The position numbers and the translations under genes were made by a program. Source: Candidatus Latescibacterota bacterium (GTDB lineage Bacteria > Latescibacterota > UBA2968 > UBA8231). Taken from it: a DNA stretch of 64,000 bases. Within the stretch, counting starts at the first letter, position 1. Every line of letters starts with the position of its first letter. The DNA lies in NCBI GenBank assembly GCA_965215195.1, contig CBDCDC010000002.1, positions 1,952,001 to 2,016,000 on the forward strand, read 5' to 3'. Below the pieces are notes generated by a model. That model had not been told where the DNA came from. It worked only from the letters and a program-made list of their open reading frames with translations, and ran no database searches. Of this stretch, positions 30,253-39,600 are shown piece after piece.

Positions 30253-31141
30253 GGCCGGCGGACGCCGCAAGATAGTCCACATTGGGGTCGATAACGGCCC
30301 GCGCCACAATACCCAAGCTCGCGCCGAATTCGCCGCGCTCCTGCGCGAATACACCGATTGGATCGAATGGAGCGACGGCTACGCCATTCTCGACGTCACC
30401 GACAACAAACTCGACATCCCCTTTGGAATGCGCGTCGCCAAGATGATCAAGAGCGATATCAAGCGGCAGCTAGGCTGGAGCGTTTCCGTGGGTTTGGCAC
30501 CCAGCAAGTTCTTGGCGCGGCTGGCCATGGAGCGCCAGCGGCCCGATGGCCTGACGGTCGTGCTGCCCGAACAGATAGGGGATTTTCTCGCCGACGTGCC
30601 CATCGACCAGCTTCCCGGCGTGGGGGCCATTACGCGCCAGCAGCTCGCGGCCATGCAAATAGAGCGCGTCGGCTCGCTGGCCCAAGTGCCACTGAATGAA
30701 CTCGTGCGTCGCTTTGGTCAGCGGGGCAGCAGCTTTTGGCATCTCGCCCAAGGCCGGGACGACGCCCTGGTCGCCCCGGCCGAACAGCTCGACCAAATCC
30801 GCGAGGAAACCTCCTTTGCCGCCCCCCTGTACACCCGCGAAGAAATGCGCGATGCCTTGCGCGAGCTGGCCGCCGCGCTCTGTGGGCGTTTGCAGCGCCG
30901 GGGACTGCAAGCGCACAAGGTGAGCCTAGAGGTGCGCTACCCAGATTTCCGCACTGCGACGCGCACATCGCACTTGGCCGCCTTTACCGACCGCACCCAA
31001 GCTGTCTTCGCGGCCGCCGGCGAACTGTTAGAGCACACAGAAGCCAGCGACTTGGGCGTGCGCTTGCTCGGCATTGGGTTGGGGGGATTTGCCGACGAGG
31101 AGCTCGAGCAGCTCGATCTGTTCGCCGGCGAAAAGCCCTAG
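30239..31141 (+). CDS. DinB/Pol IV paralogue without fingers or catalytic carboxylates (pseudo-polymerase)
   Basis: RKIVH start, SVGLAPSKFLARLA, RPDGL, HhH LPGVG, little finger VRYPDF...VRLLGI, clamp motif QLDLF; DMD and SLDE motifs replaced. Confidence 0.8.
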   Translation: MSPARAGGRRKIVHIGVDNGPRHNTQARAEFAALLREYTDWIEWSDGYAILDVTDNKLDIPFGMRVAKMIKSDIKRQLGWSVSVGLAPSKFLARLAMERQRPDGLTVVLPEQIGDFLADVPIDQLPGVGAITRQQLAAMQIERVGSLAQVPLNELVRRFGQRGSSFWHLAQGRDDALVAPAEQLDQIREETSFAAPLYTREEMRDALRELAAALCGRLQRRGLQAHKVSLEVRYPDFRTATRTSHLAAFTDRTQAVFAAAGELLEHTEASDLGVRLLGIGLGGFADEELEQLDLFAGEKP

Positions 31142-32403
31142 GCCACAGCTCGCGGCAATACTGAATCGCCATATGGCAGCGCCCAGATCCGGGCCTCGGG
31201 GCCGACCACCTCGTGCGCGGCCGCCACGGCTTGGCCTAGGTCGTCAAAGGGCACTAAGCCGACGCGGCCGAGGGCCTCGGCCGGCAGCGACGAGACCAAA
31301 TGCACGCGGGCCTTTTTCAGCACCGCGGCAATGGCGGCGGCCTTGTGCCCGCCCAAGACGAATTCCCGCTCTATGCGCGCGAGAATCCCGTCGGCCGAAT
31401 CCGCCTCCTGCAACCAAGAAGCAAACGCGTCCCCGCCCAGTCCCTCGCGGCATTCGGCCACCCAGACGATGACGCCTCCTTCGCGCACCGCGTGTACGGC
31501 GTTGTCGAGGGCCTTTTGCGCTTGGTACATATTGACGTCCAGCGGATAGCCGCCCGCGCTGACGAGCACGATATCAGCGCAGCGCGCAATGGGCACGGCC
31601 CCGCGCTCAACCACCCGCTCGCATCCTTTGCGGTGGGCCTCTCGCACGTGCCCGGCAAAGGCGGCGACCATGCGGTGGCGATCATCCACAAGCGCATTGA
31701 GGATGAAGTCGATCCCCAGCATGGCCGCCCCTTCTTCCAAATCTTCGCGCACCGGATTGCCCACAAGCCGCCCGGTCTCCGCGCCGGGGCGGGTCATTAG
31801 GCCGTGGTTGGCCGCTATCGTAGCCGCGGAAGCGCACCCGGGCAGCACCGCCTTGGCCCCGCCCGAAAAGCCTGCGAAGTAGTGGAACTCCAAGTTGCCC
31901 AAGCAAATCCGCACATCGGCCTCCACCAAGGGGCGGAACAGCTCGACCGGTGTGCCCCGCGCCGTGACCCCCAACCGCACCACATCTTCTACATCGTGGT
32001 TGACGACCCGCACACGCGCATGGACTTCCGGGCCGACCAAGGCCGCCAACTCGGCTGGCGTCTGCGCCCGGTGCAGTCCCAAGGCCACGACTACGGTCAC
32101 GTCGGCGTCCGACACACCTGCGGCGGCCAATTCCTCTAGCACCGGCGGCAACAGGCGATCGGTCGGGCACGGCCGGGTCCCATCGCTGACCACAATCGCG
32201 ACCTGCTGACCGGGCCGGACCAACGCCCGCAACGCCGGCGTCCCCAACGGGCGGCCCAAGGCTTGGCGCACCACTTCTTGCTCGGCGCGGTCGCCGTTGG
32301 GCGCGGCCTTGGGCAGCACCACGCCGAGCAGGCGCTCGGTGGACACGGCGACCGGCAGGTAGCCATCGCCAAAGGGGAGCTTGAGTTCGGTTGTTGGCGT
32401 CAT
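31138..32403 (-). CDS. Nickel-pincer lactate racemase (LarA)-family protein
   Basis: VSDGTRPCPT, ALGLHR, VVNHD, FHYFAGFSGGAKAVLPG, NH, GGYPLDVNMYQAQKA, GGHKA. Confidence 0.88.
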   Translation of the reverse strand: MTPTTELKLPFGDGYLPVAVSTERLLGVVLPKAAPNGDRAEQEVVRQALGRPLGTPALRALVRPGQQVAIVVSDGTRPCPTDRLLPPVLEELAAAGVSDADVTVVVALGLHRAQTPAELAALVGPEVHARVRVVNHDVEDVVRLGVTARGTPVELFRPLVEADVRICLGNLEFHYFAGFSGGAKAVLPGCASAATIAANHGLMTRPGAETGRLVGNPVREDLEEGAAMLGIDFILNALVDDRHRMVAAFAGHVREAHRKGCERVVERGAVPIARCADIVLVSAGGYPLDVNMYQAQKALDNAVHAVREGGVIVWVAECREGLGGDAFASWLQEADSADGILARIEREFVLGGHKAAAIAAVLKKARVHLVSSLPAEALGRVGLVPFDDLGQAVAAAHEVVGPEARIWALPYGDSVLPRAVA

Positions 32404-32421
32404 CCTGCTAACCTCAATCCA

Positions 32422-33927
32422 TCACCTGAGCAGCATGAAACTCGAGAGCGGCAAGCTCACGATGCGGGGGTCGTCAACGATCCCGGAGTGGTCCTGCGTG
32501 ATCAGTACGCCAAAACAGGCGTTGTTGACTGATTTCTCGACGAACGACCTGATACCTAGCGTATCCCGCAAGGGCTCAATCCGACGTTGATATTTGATTT
32601 CCACCGGTACGCGCTGTGCGCCGACGGTCAAGACGAAATCCACTTCGCGATCCATGCCTCGCTCGGGAAAGTGGGCGATGTCCAAGCCGTGAATGGTTGA
32701 GGCGACCGAGCCGAAAATACTCTCGGCGATATGGCCGGCCAGCGCGGTGAGTTCGGGTCGCTCTGTCAGGGCTTCAGACGTCAATGGAATCTGCTCCTGA
32801 AGCCAACTCGCGCACAAGCCGTGATCGGCCAGACAAAGTTTGGCACTCCCGCGCTTTCTTTTGAGCCGGATCTCGAGCGGCGGAATCAAGCGCAGCAGCA
32901 GGGTGTCGCCGAGAAACTGCAAGTAGTGCCTCACCCGCTGGCTGCCGATATTGGTGCCGAGCGCTTGACGAACCTCGTCCGCAAGGGTCGAAACCGACGG
33001 CGTCTGCCCGGCATAGCGGCAGACTAAGCGGAAGAGTTCTTCGAGCAATTGGGCATCCCGCTTCCGCCCGCGGCTGCCGACCCGAAGATCGTGTTGGATG
33101 ACGCGCTTGATCACCGTTTCGTTCAACTGGTCCGCGAGCAACGGCCATTCGACATCCTTTTGCTTGTGGACGATGGGATAGCCGCCCCGCTCTGAAAAAT
33201 GCCGAAACGCCTCGTTCCGAAACGCTGTGTTCGCCTCCCCGTGTGCGCGCAGTTCCCGCCAGAAATTCTTGTCGAGCAAGAATCTCAGGCCGTTGTCCGG
33301 CAGGAATGGCTTCGGCGTCTCCAACTCGCGCAACGCGCCAATTTCGGTCAGCGAAAGCACGCCTGCCTCAACCGTGCTGATGCGCCCGGCCAAGCTGTCC
33401 CGCCCCATTTCAATCCGCAGCGCGGAACTCCCCGTAACCACGACCTTTACCGAGGCGTTATCGACAAGTGACTTGAGCTCAGCACTCCAGTTTTCAAGGT
33501 TTTGAATCTCGTCAAAGAATAGGTGCGCTTTCCGACCATCCCGCGCCAACATGTTGAAACGATTCTTTGCCACTTCCACTTCAAACCAATCACAAATACG
33601 AAAAATCAGACTGCTTATGCCATCCCAAGACTTCAGTTCATCGAACGGCACCCAAAGAATGCTCGTGGGGAGAATGCCTTCTTCGAGCAAATCCACAATG
33701 ACTTGAAACTGCGCTGTGGTTTTTCCCACTTGGCGAGGGCCGCGCACCGCGACAATCGGGGCGATTTCCGCGTCCAGACGACGGCGTATCTGCGCTACCA
33801 AGTGGCGGCGCGTTCTCGGTTGCGGGGGCATGGGAGCCTCCTCCCACCAAGGGTTCAGACGACGCAAGTCAGCGGTCAATTCGGGCGGCAGCTCGCCATC
33901 AGTATAATATGATTTCAGCCGGCTCAT
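32422..33927 (-). CDS. ATP-binding protein (AAA_14 plus DUF4143 / PD-(D/E)xK-like C-terminus)
   Basis: NPWW, Walker A GPRQVGKT, Walker B FFDEIQ, TGSS, SLAGR, GGYP, EVDFV...VEIKY. Confidence 0.85.
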   Translation of the reverse strand: MSRLKSYYTDGELPPELTADLRRLNPWWEEAPMPPQPRTRRHLVAQIRRRLDAEIAPIVAVRGPRQVGKTTAQFQVIVDLLEEGILPTSILWVPFDELKSWDGISSLIFRICDWFEVEVAKNRFNMLARDGRKAHLFFDEIQNLENWSAELKSLVDNASVKVVVTGSSALRIEMGRDSLAGRISTVEAGVLSLTEIGALRELETPKPFLPDNGLRFLLDKNFWRELRAHGEANTAFRNEAFRHFSERGGYPIVHKQKDVEWPLLADQLNETVIKRVIQHDLRVGSRGRKRDAQLLEELFRLVCRYAGQTPSVSTLADEVRQALGTNIGSQRVRHYLQFLGDTLLLRLIPPLEIRLKRKRGSAKLCLADHGLCASWLQEQIPLTSEALTERPELTALAGHIAESIFGSVASTIHGLDIAHFPERGMDREVDFVLTVGAQRVPVEIKYQRRIEPLRDTLGIRSFVEKSVNNACFGVLITQDHSGIVDDPRIVSLPLSSFMLLR

Positions 33928-33978
33928 TGTTTCAGCGTCCCGTCTTGAAATGAGTTCACAGCGACCGCAGGTTACAAA

Positions 33979-35193
33979 TCACTCAGAGAGTGAACAGATT
34001 CCATTGACTTGGATAATATAAGGCTCAACGTCTGTATACCGCTGATTACGACGCCCTTTGAAATTTACCTGTAACTGCCTTGGGTTCAGAAGTTTCAAAT
34101 CTAGTTGGAGTATATCTTCAACTGTGTTTGAAAGTTTCAAATAGAGAACCAAAGCCAAACGGGCAAATTTCTGGAATCTTCCCTCCGTTTGTCCAAAAGA
34201 GCGATAGAGATCCGGGATTGGTGATTCTTGGATTTGTAGATCAGGACCATGTGATGATAAAGTCATGCCCGAAATAAAAGATTCCAGCATGGGATCACTA
34301 GTGAATCCTGCAGGATCAGTTCGATTTTGGAAACTTCTTTCATTAAGCAGGATTCTCCTTGCTCGCATTTCGGCAATCTGATCTGACGAAATGTTATTGA
34401 CCGCTACATCAGTCCCGAACCCGGAGTCTCGTCCTCCACTATCTTCCTTTAGAACGACTTTCCAAACGGTTTGAGAGTCGGATATGGTCTGGATGGCTTC
34501 CTGTGGACTTACCCACGCGGCATCTTCCTGTAGCGCAAAAGCAAGCATGTTGTCTTGGGCAAAATGGTTCCCGACATTATCTCTCAATGAACGAAGAAAG
34601 GCAACTTGATCGGACGATTCAGGAAGAAGCTCGAGAGAGATTTCCGTCGAAGCCCAACGTGCGTCTCGAAACGGAATAAAATACTGTTTTCCATCTTCCA
34701 GACGTAACAGCACATGTTCGTCGAGATCGCTCTTGACTGCGGCGGAAGTCGGTTTCTCAGTCGATATTGTCTGCGATGTCGTGCCCGACAACTTGTCCAC
34801 TAAAATCTTATAAATTTCTTCTATGGACATCGAACGTAAATCGAGATACCCGACCGTTGACAAAAGTCCCGGAATCTCCGTATCGTCAATACGGATTGGG
34901 AGAATATATTCCTTATTTTCCTCAAATGCCCTTGCCTGAGCACTCTGGCGTTCGTGGTTCGACCACAGCTTCTGCGCGTAGTGTCTTGATAGGAACATGA
35001 CACAATAGCGAGCCTGATCCTTGTAAACTGATGACAAGTGCTCATAGATATTCTTGCCCCACAAGGTAGCTTGCTCGTACTCGTCGTAAAAGACTGAATA
35101 TTCATCAGATTTGAGAAGACTTGCCAACGCCTCGGCATGGTGTCGATCTTCCCCTGCAAAAGAGAAGACAACATCATAATCATATTCTTGCAT
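33979..35193 (-). CDS. TIR-domain protein with uncharacterised C-terminal domain
   Basis: YDVVFSFAGEDR...VFYD...LWG...FLSRHYAQKLWSNHER: TIR_2 fold with the catalytic-position Glu present. Confidence 0.88.
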   Translation of the reverse strand: MQEYDYDVVFSFAGEDRHHAEALASLLKSDEYSVFYDEYEQATLWGKNIYEHLSSVYKDQARYCVMFLSRHYAQKLWSNHERQSAQARAFEENKEYILPIRIDDTEIPGLLSTVGYLDLRSMSIEEIYKILVDKLSGTTSQTISTEKPTSAAVKSDLDEHVLLRLEDGKQYFIPFRDARWASTEISLELLPESSDQVAFLRSLRDNVGNHFAQDNMLAFALQEDAAWVSPQEAIQTISDSQTVWKVVLKEDSGGRDSGFGTDVAVNNISSDQIAEMRARRILLNERSFQNRTDPAGFTSDPMLESFISGMTLSSHGPDLQIQESPIPDLYRSFGQTEGRFQKFARLALVLYLKLSNTVEDILQLDLKLLNPRQLQVNFKGRRNQRYTDVEPYIIQVNGICSLSE

Positions 35194-36619
35194 TTCTTAA
35201 CTCCTCCAACTTAGCTTCAAGGTTTTCCACTGCTTCTATTGCCTCAGAAATCTCTTTTCTGATGACGGTGATAATGCGAGAATGGCTGAGAGGGTTTAGG
35301 ATAAGGTTTCGGTACAGTTCGATCTCGTCAATGAATGTCTGTTCTAAAAAGGGTGTACCATCCCTGCTCTTGCCCTCTTTTATTGGCATCCAGAAGTCTT
35401 CGCTTGTCAGACTCTTCGGATTTTCGCGGTACTTGACTTGGAGATTCGTCTTCTCGCAGAATTTCTTGATTGCCACTTCAAAGGCGGTGCGAAGGTAAAT
35501 GACGCAGGCTTTGTAGTCGTTGGCCTCGAAATACTCTTTCGCCTTTTCAAGATACGCTCGATCTTCTATGTAGATCGGAATTTCGTATTCGTCGGTCTTC
35601 GAGAAGTAAAATTCAGCGTATTTCCATTCGCTATCTGCCGTCCGCTGCCTGACAATTTCATACCAAGCGCGATCGTAGGTCATGAAGAATATCTGATAAT
35701 CTGAGAAGTATTCTTTAAGAATGTCGATTACTGGGAGGCGGTTTGACATATCCAGACCAATCAACACGTCATCCAGCGCGAGAATTTTCAGATCGCTCTT
35801 TGGCTGAAGCAGGAATGACGAGAAGGAGATGGCTACGGCGATAGCCGACAATTTTGCCTCATTCAGAAAGTGATGATGCGAAGGTATGTCTCTGTCGAAG
35901 AACTTGATCGTCAAGAGTATCTGCTGGTTATCAAGCGTCTTGTCGTTGCGGTTGTAGGTGATACCCCGAAAACTGAAATCGAGGGCAACATTGTATTCAA
36001 ACTTACCGAGTATTTCGGATGCCTGCCTTTGTAGTTCTTTTAATTTACCAGCCAATCCATTGTTGAAGTTCTGTATCTGTTCTTCCAGTGCCTCAACTTG
36101 TTTTTTTGTGTTTCGGAATGGGATTGCCCGTTGAAGATCATTCCAATCGTCGACAAAACTTTGATCCGTCACGTCGTTGACAGTGTTGGCCAAGAGATTA
36201 TTGACCAGCAAATTGAAGACATTCACGGCCTGATCTTCGCGTTGAATATAGTGCGTCGCCAGAAGTGTCTTATAGTCGAGAAAGCCTTTCGTCTTAGACG
36301 CATCAATAATCAGAGTGTCATGTGTCTCTTTAACGGTTTGCGACCATTCGTAAGCATGCTGTTTTGACTGCGGATCAGCGCGGAGATGCAGTTTGATGTA
36401 GCCACTATCATCGTCCTTGATAAAGATATTCTGATGCGTTTCAAATTGATGCTCACTTACAGTGGATTCCAAGAATAACTTTAATGCCAGATATAGCGAT
36501 GATTTTCCACTCCCATTTTCGCCGTAAATGAGCAGATTTTTTCCTGACTTGTGCAGGTTGATTTGGTATGAGCCGTAGAAGGCCCTGAAGTTTTTAATTT
36601 CGATCTCTGTAATTCTCAT
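35180..36619 (-). CDS. ABC-type ATPase with C-terminal HEPN-like domain (PrrC/RloC-like)
   Basis: Walker A GENGSGKS, signature variant FLNEAK, Walker B/D-loop LALDDVLIGLD, switch TYD; C-terminal YLRTAFE...RNLILNPLSH. Confidence 0.75.
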   Translation of the reverse strand: MRITEIEIKNFRAFYGSYQINLHKSGKNLLIYGENGSGKSSLYLALKLFLESTVSEHQFETHQNIFIKDDDSGYIKLHLRADPQSKQHAYEWSQTVKETHDTLIIDASKTKGFLDYKTLLATHYIQREDQAVNVFNLLVNNLLANTVNDVTDQSFVDDWNDLQRAIPFRNTKKQVEALEEQIQNFNNGLAGKLKELQRQASEILGKFEYNVALDFSFRGITYNRNDKTLDNQQILLTIKFFDRDIPSHHHFLNEAKLSAIAVAISFSSFLLQPKSDLKILALDDVLIGLDMSNRLPVIDILKEYFSDYQIFFMTYDRAWYEIVRQRTADSEWKYAEFYFSKTDEYEIPIYIEDRAYLEKAKEYFEANDYKACVIYLRTAFEVAIKKFCEKTNLQVKYRENPKSLTSEDFWMPIKEGKSRDGTPFLEQTFIDEIELYRNLILNPLSHSRIITVIRKEISEAIEAVENLEAKLEELRNARI

Positions 36620-39600
36620 GTCTTACCTTCAATAATGCGGATGGCCTCCAAACTGCCGAGAAAGAAAAGGTTCTTTCGCACAGGATGCTTTTTGTCAAAC
36701 AGCCGCTCGAAAATGCCGCGAAGTGCGGACATTTTGTCGCCAGTGATTTCCTCAACTGGGGGCAGACGCTCGTCCAACAACGGTTTGAAGAAGTATTTGC
36801 CCGCACGATGGAGTTCATCGGTCAGGTAGAGTTCGTAAACCAGTCCGTCGATGATCTGCTCAAAATACTTGACCATCACATAGTCGCGGGCATGGGCTAA
36901 GTTTTTGCCGTGCGTAGAGGGCTGCTTCTTGAGGTAGATGATGTAATCGACAATTTTGATAATCGGGGCCTGTTGCTCCGTGGAAATTTTGGGGATAGGC
37001 AGGCGTTCAATGAACATCGGCTTGTATTCGTAATAGCCTCCGTCCCTTTCCACCCCAATCAGTCGAAAATACCAGTCCAGCAACTTTGAGTTGAGAACTG
37101 CGAGCAGGTAATGACTGAATGGCGTCAGCATCGTTGTGGGTGCGCTCACAAACATATCTTCGGGCACGTAAGAAAACTTGGCCTGATTGGCCAAGTTGCC
37201 CCACGCTATTTTCTTTTGATCAAAATCGGTGTGATAGGCGCAGTTGCGGAGATTGTACGGTGTCCTGCCTTTATCCTGTCGTTTTTCCAGTTGGGAATAG
37301 AATCCGTCCAAGTGGCTCTTGACGGCAGGGTAATCGTCAATGTTGACGGCTGGAACATCGTCGTATCCGTTATGCGTGTCAATCAACCACAAGTCCGCCC
37401 ACTGCGCCTGATACCGCTGAATGTCCCGGCCGCGCAGAACCGGCTTGATAATCTCGGCGGAATTCGGATCTTCGGCAATCAACGATTGCTTGGTCGCGTC
37501 GTCAATGATGAAAGCGTCGTTGTAGCCGGTTATGACTCCACGATTGATTGTCACGTCCCACTCTTTCAGTGGCATCCCGGAGGCTTCCATTTTATCTCTT
37601 ATTCGCTGTCCCTTCTCGGATAAGACAATCCACGTTTCGCCATTCTCAAGGCGAATATGCGTCCATTCGGTTGGCGGAAATTGCTGTGTCGCTTGACGCA
37701 TGTCAGCCGCATACAGCGCGTTCTTGTTGGGTGATCGATTGACCAACAGGATGCAGGTGTTTACCGTTACGTTGTCAAACACACCTGCGCCGAGGTTGAC
37801 CAGTCGTATCGGATTTTGACTTTCGATAAATTTTCGCAAGGCTCGTCCACTGTCAACTCGCATCCATTGATTAGACGATATAAAGCAAACACATCCTGTG
37901 CCCTGTTTCAGGAGGTTTATCGCTTTCTCGTAGAAAAGCTGGTAGATGTCGCCGGTGCGGGCGAAGGTTTCGTAGCCGGCGTTCTTGTAGAGCCGCCCCA
38001 ATTCGCCTTGGTTTTTCTGCAACTGAATATACGGCGGATTGCCAATCACCACATCAAATCCATCTGTCATGCCGAACATGTATTCGGTATCAAACCAATC
38101 GGCTTTGGCGTTCTGATCGTAGGGATCCCAATGGGCGATTTTGTCGGCGTCGTCCTCGGGCAGGCCGGCCGCGTTCAATTCCCTTGCTAATGCCTCGCGC
38201 AACCTTTTGTCCTCGTTCTTGCAGTCCAGCTTTTGTGGTCGCGTGGTCGCGTGAAAATGCCGCTCGCGGTTTTCCGCTAATTTCGTTTTCAGGCTCTCAA
38301 TCTGTTGACGGAACAAGTCCAGTTGAGCCGCATCTTCGAGCTTCAGTAGCGTATTGGCCGCCACAAAGCGCGTCTCCAGATTGGGCAGAGGTTTGATGCC
38401 GAAGTTATCCGCGGCCTCATCTGCTTCCTGCTCAATGGCTAGCGAAATGAAAAAGCGCAACTTGGCGATCTGGCCGGCCACGGGCTGGATATCCACGCCG
38501 AAGATGCTGTTTTGGATCAGGTACAGCTTGCGCCCGAAATCCGAATCCCGATAACGCTCGAAGGTGGCACTGATTTCGGTCAGTTCGGCATCGCGATCTT
38601 CCTGATCGTCCGTTTCGTACGCCGACTTCGTCCGTTCCATAGCGAGCTCTTTTTGCAACTGCTCCCAGCGGCTGTTGTCGGGATCGATCCGCCGCAAGGC
38701 CAAAGTAAGTTTGTGCAACACGCCCATGGGAAACGCGCCAGAACCGACCGCCGGGTCAAGCACCTTGATCTCGGAAATCGCCCGCACCAAGCCCTCGGCC
38801 TCGTCTACCTCAAAAAGTTCATGGGCATCGTTGAACGCATCCTCATAATCCAACAAATAGCGCAGCCGTTCCTGCCAGAAATCGCGGTCGCCATCATCGG
38901 GTCGCGCTTTTTCCGTCAAAAACGCCACCAACGCCTCGTCCACCATGTAGTCCACCACAACGCGGGGCGTGTAGTAGGAGCCGGTCTGCTTGCGGGCGGT
39001 GTCGCGGGTCTCTGGATTGTAGGCCGCCAACAGGTTCTCAAACACCTTGCCGAGAAGCTCCGGATCAAGCGCGACTTCCTGCTCTATGGGCGTGTTCTCC
39101 TCTACGGTGAACTTGTAGTGGGTGAGCAGGGGGAATAAGCCGCGCTCTTGGTCAAAGAACAGGTCGTCGGGGACGTTAAGTTCGCGCCACGCCGTGCGTC
39201 GTGCATCTGGGTATTGCGTCGGGTCGGGATCACTGAACATGTCGATCCGTTTGCCGCCGGCACTGCGCGAATCTTCGCTGTCCAAGCAGTCGAATAAACC
39301 GCCGTTGATGAAAGGGGTTTGCTTCATCAATCCCTCAAACCGCGTTTCATTTCTCATCAGAGAGCGATAGCGGTAACGGGAAAAGACACGGTGGCTGTCA
39401 TAAGTCCGCGTACTGAAACCGCGCTCGCCTATCTCGGTGTTGAGGGTGGCGAAAAAGAGATTCTGCAATATGGCGCGGTAGTAATCGGATCCCCCGAAAT
39501 TCGCCAGCAGTTTTTCCATCTCAGCACGGATGAACCACTCCTCGGCGACGAGGCGTTTCTCTTTGATGAACCAGACAAACAGAATGCGGGTAATCAGCCG

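Noticed and set aside
30239-31141. Active DNA polymerase IV (dinB) or canonical ImuB
   Set aside because: Catalytic Asp/Glu residues and the fingers domain are missing, and there are no imuA/dnaE2 neighbours
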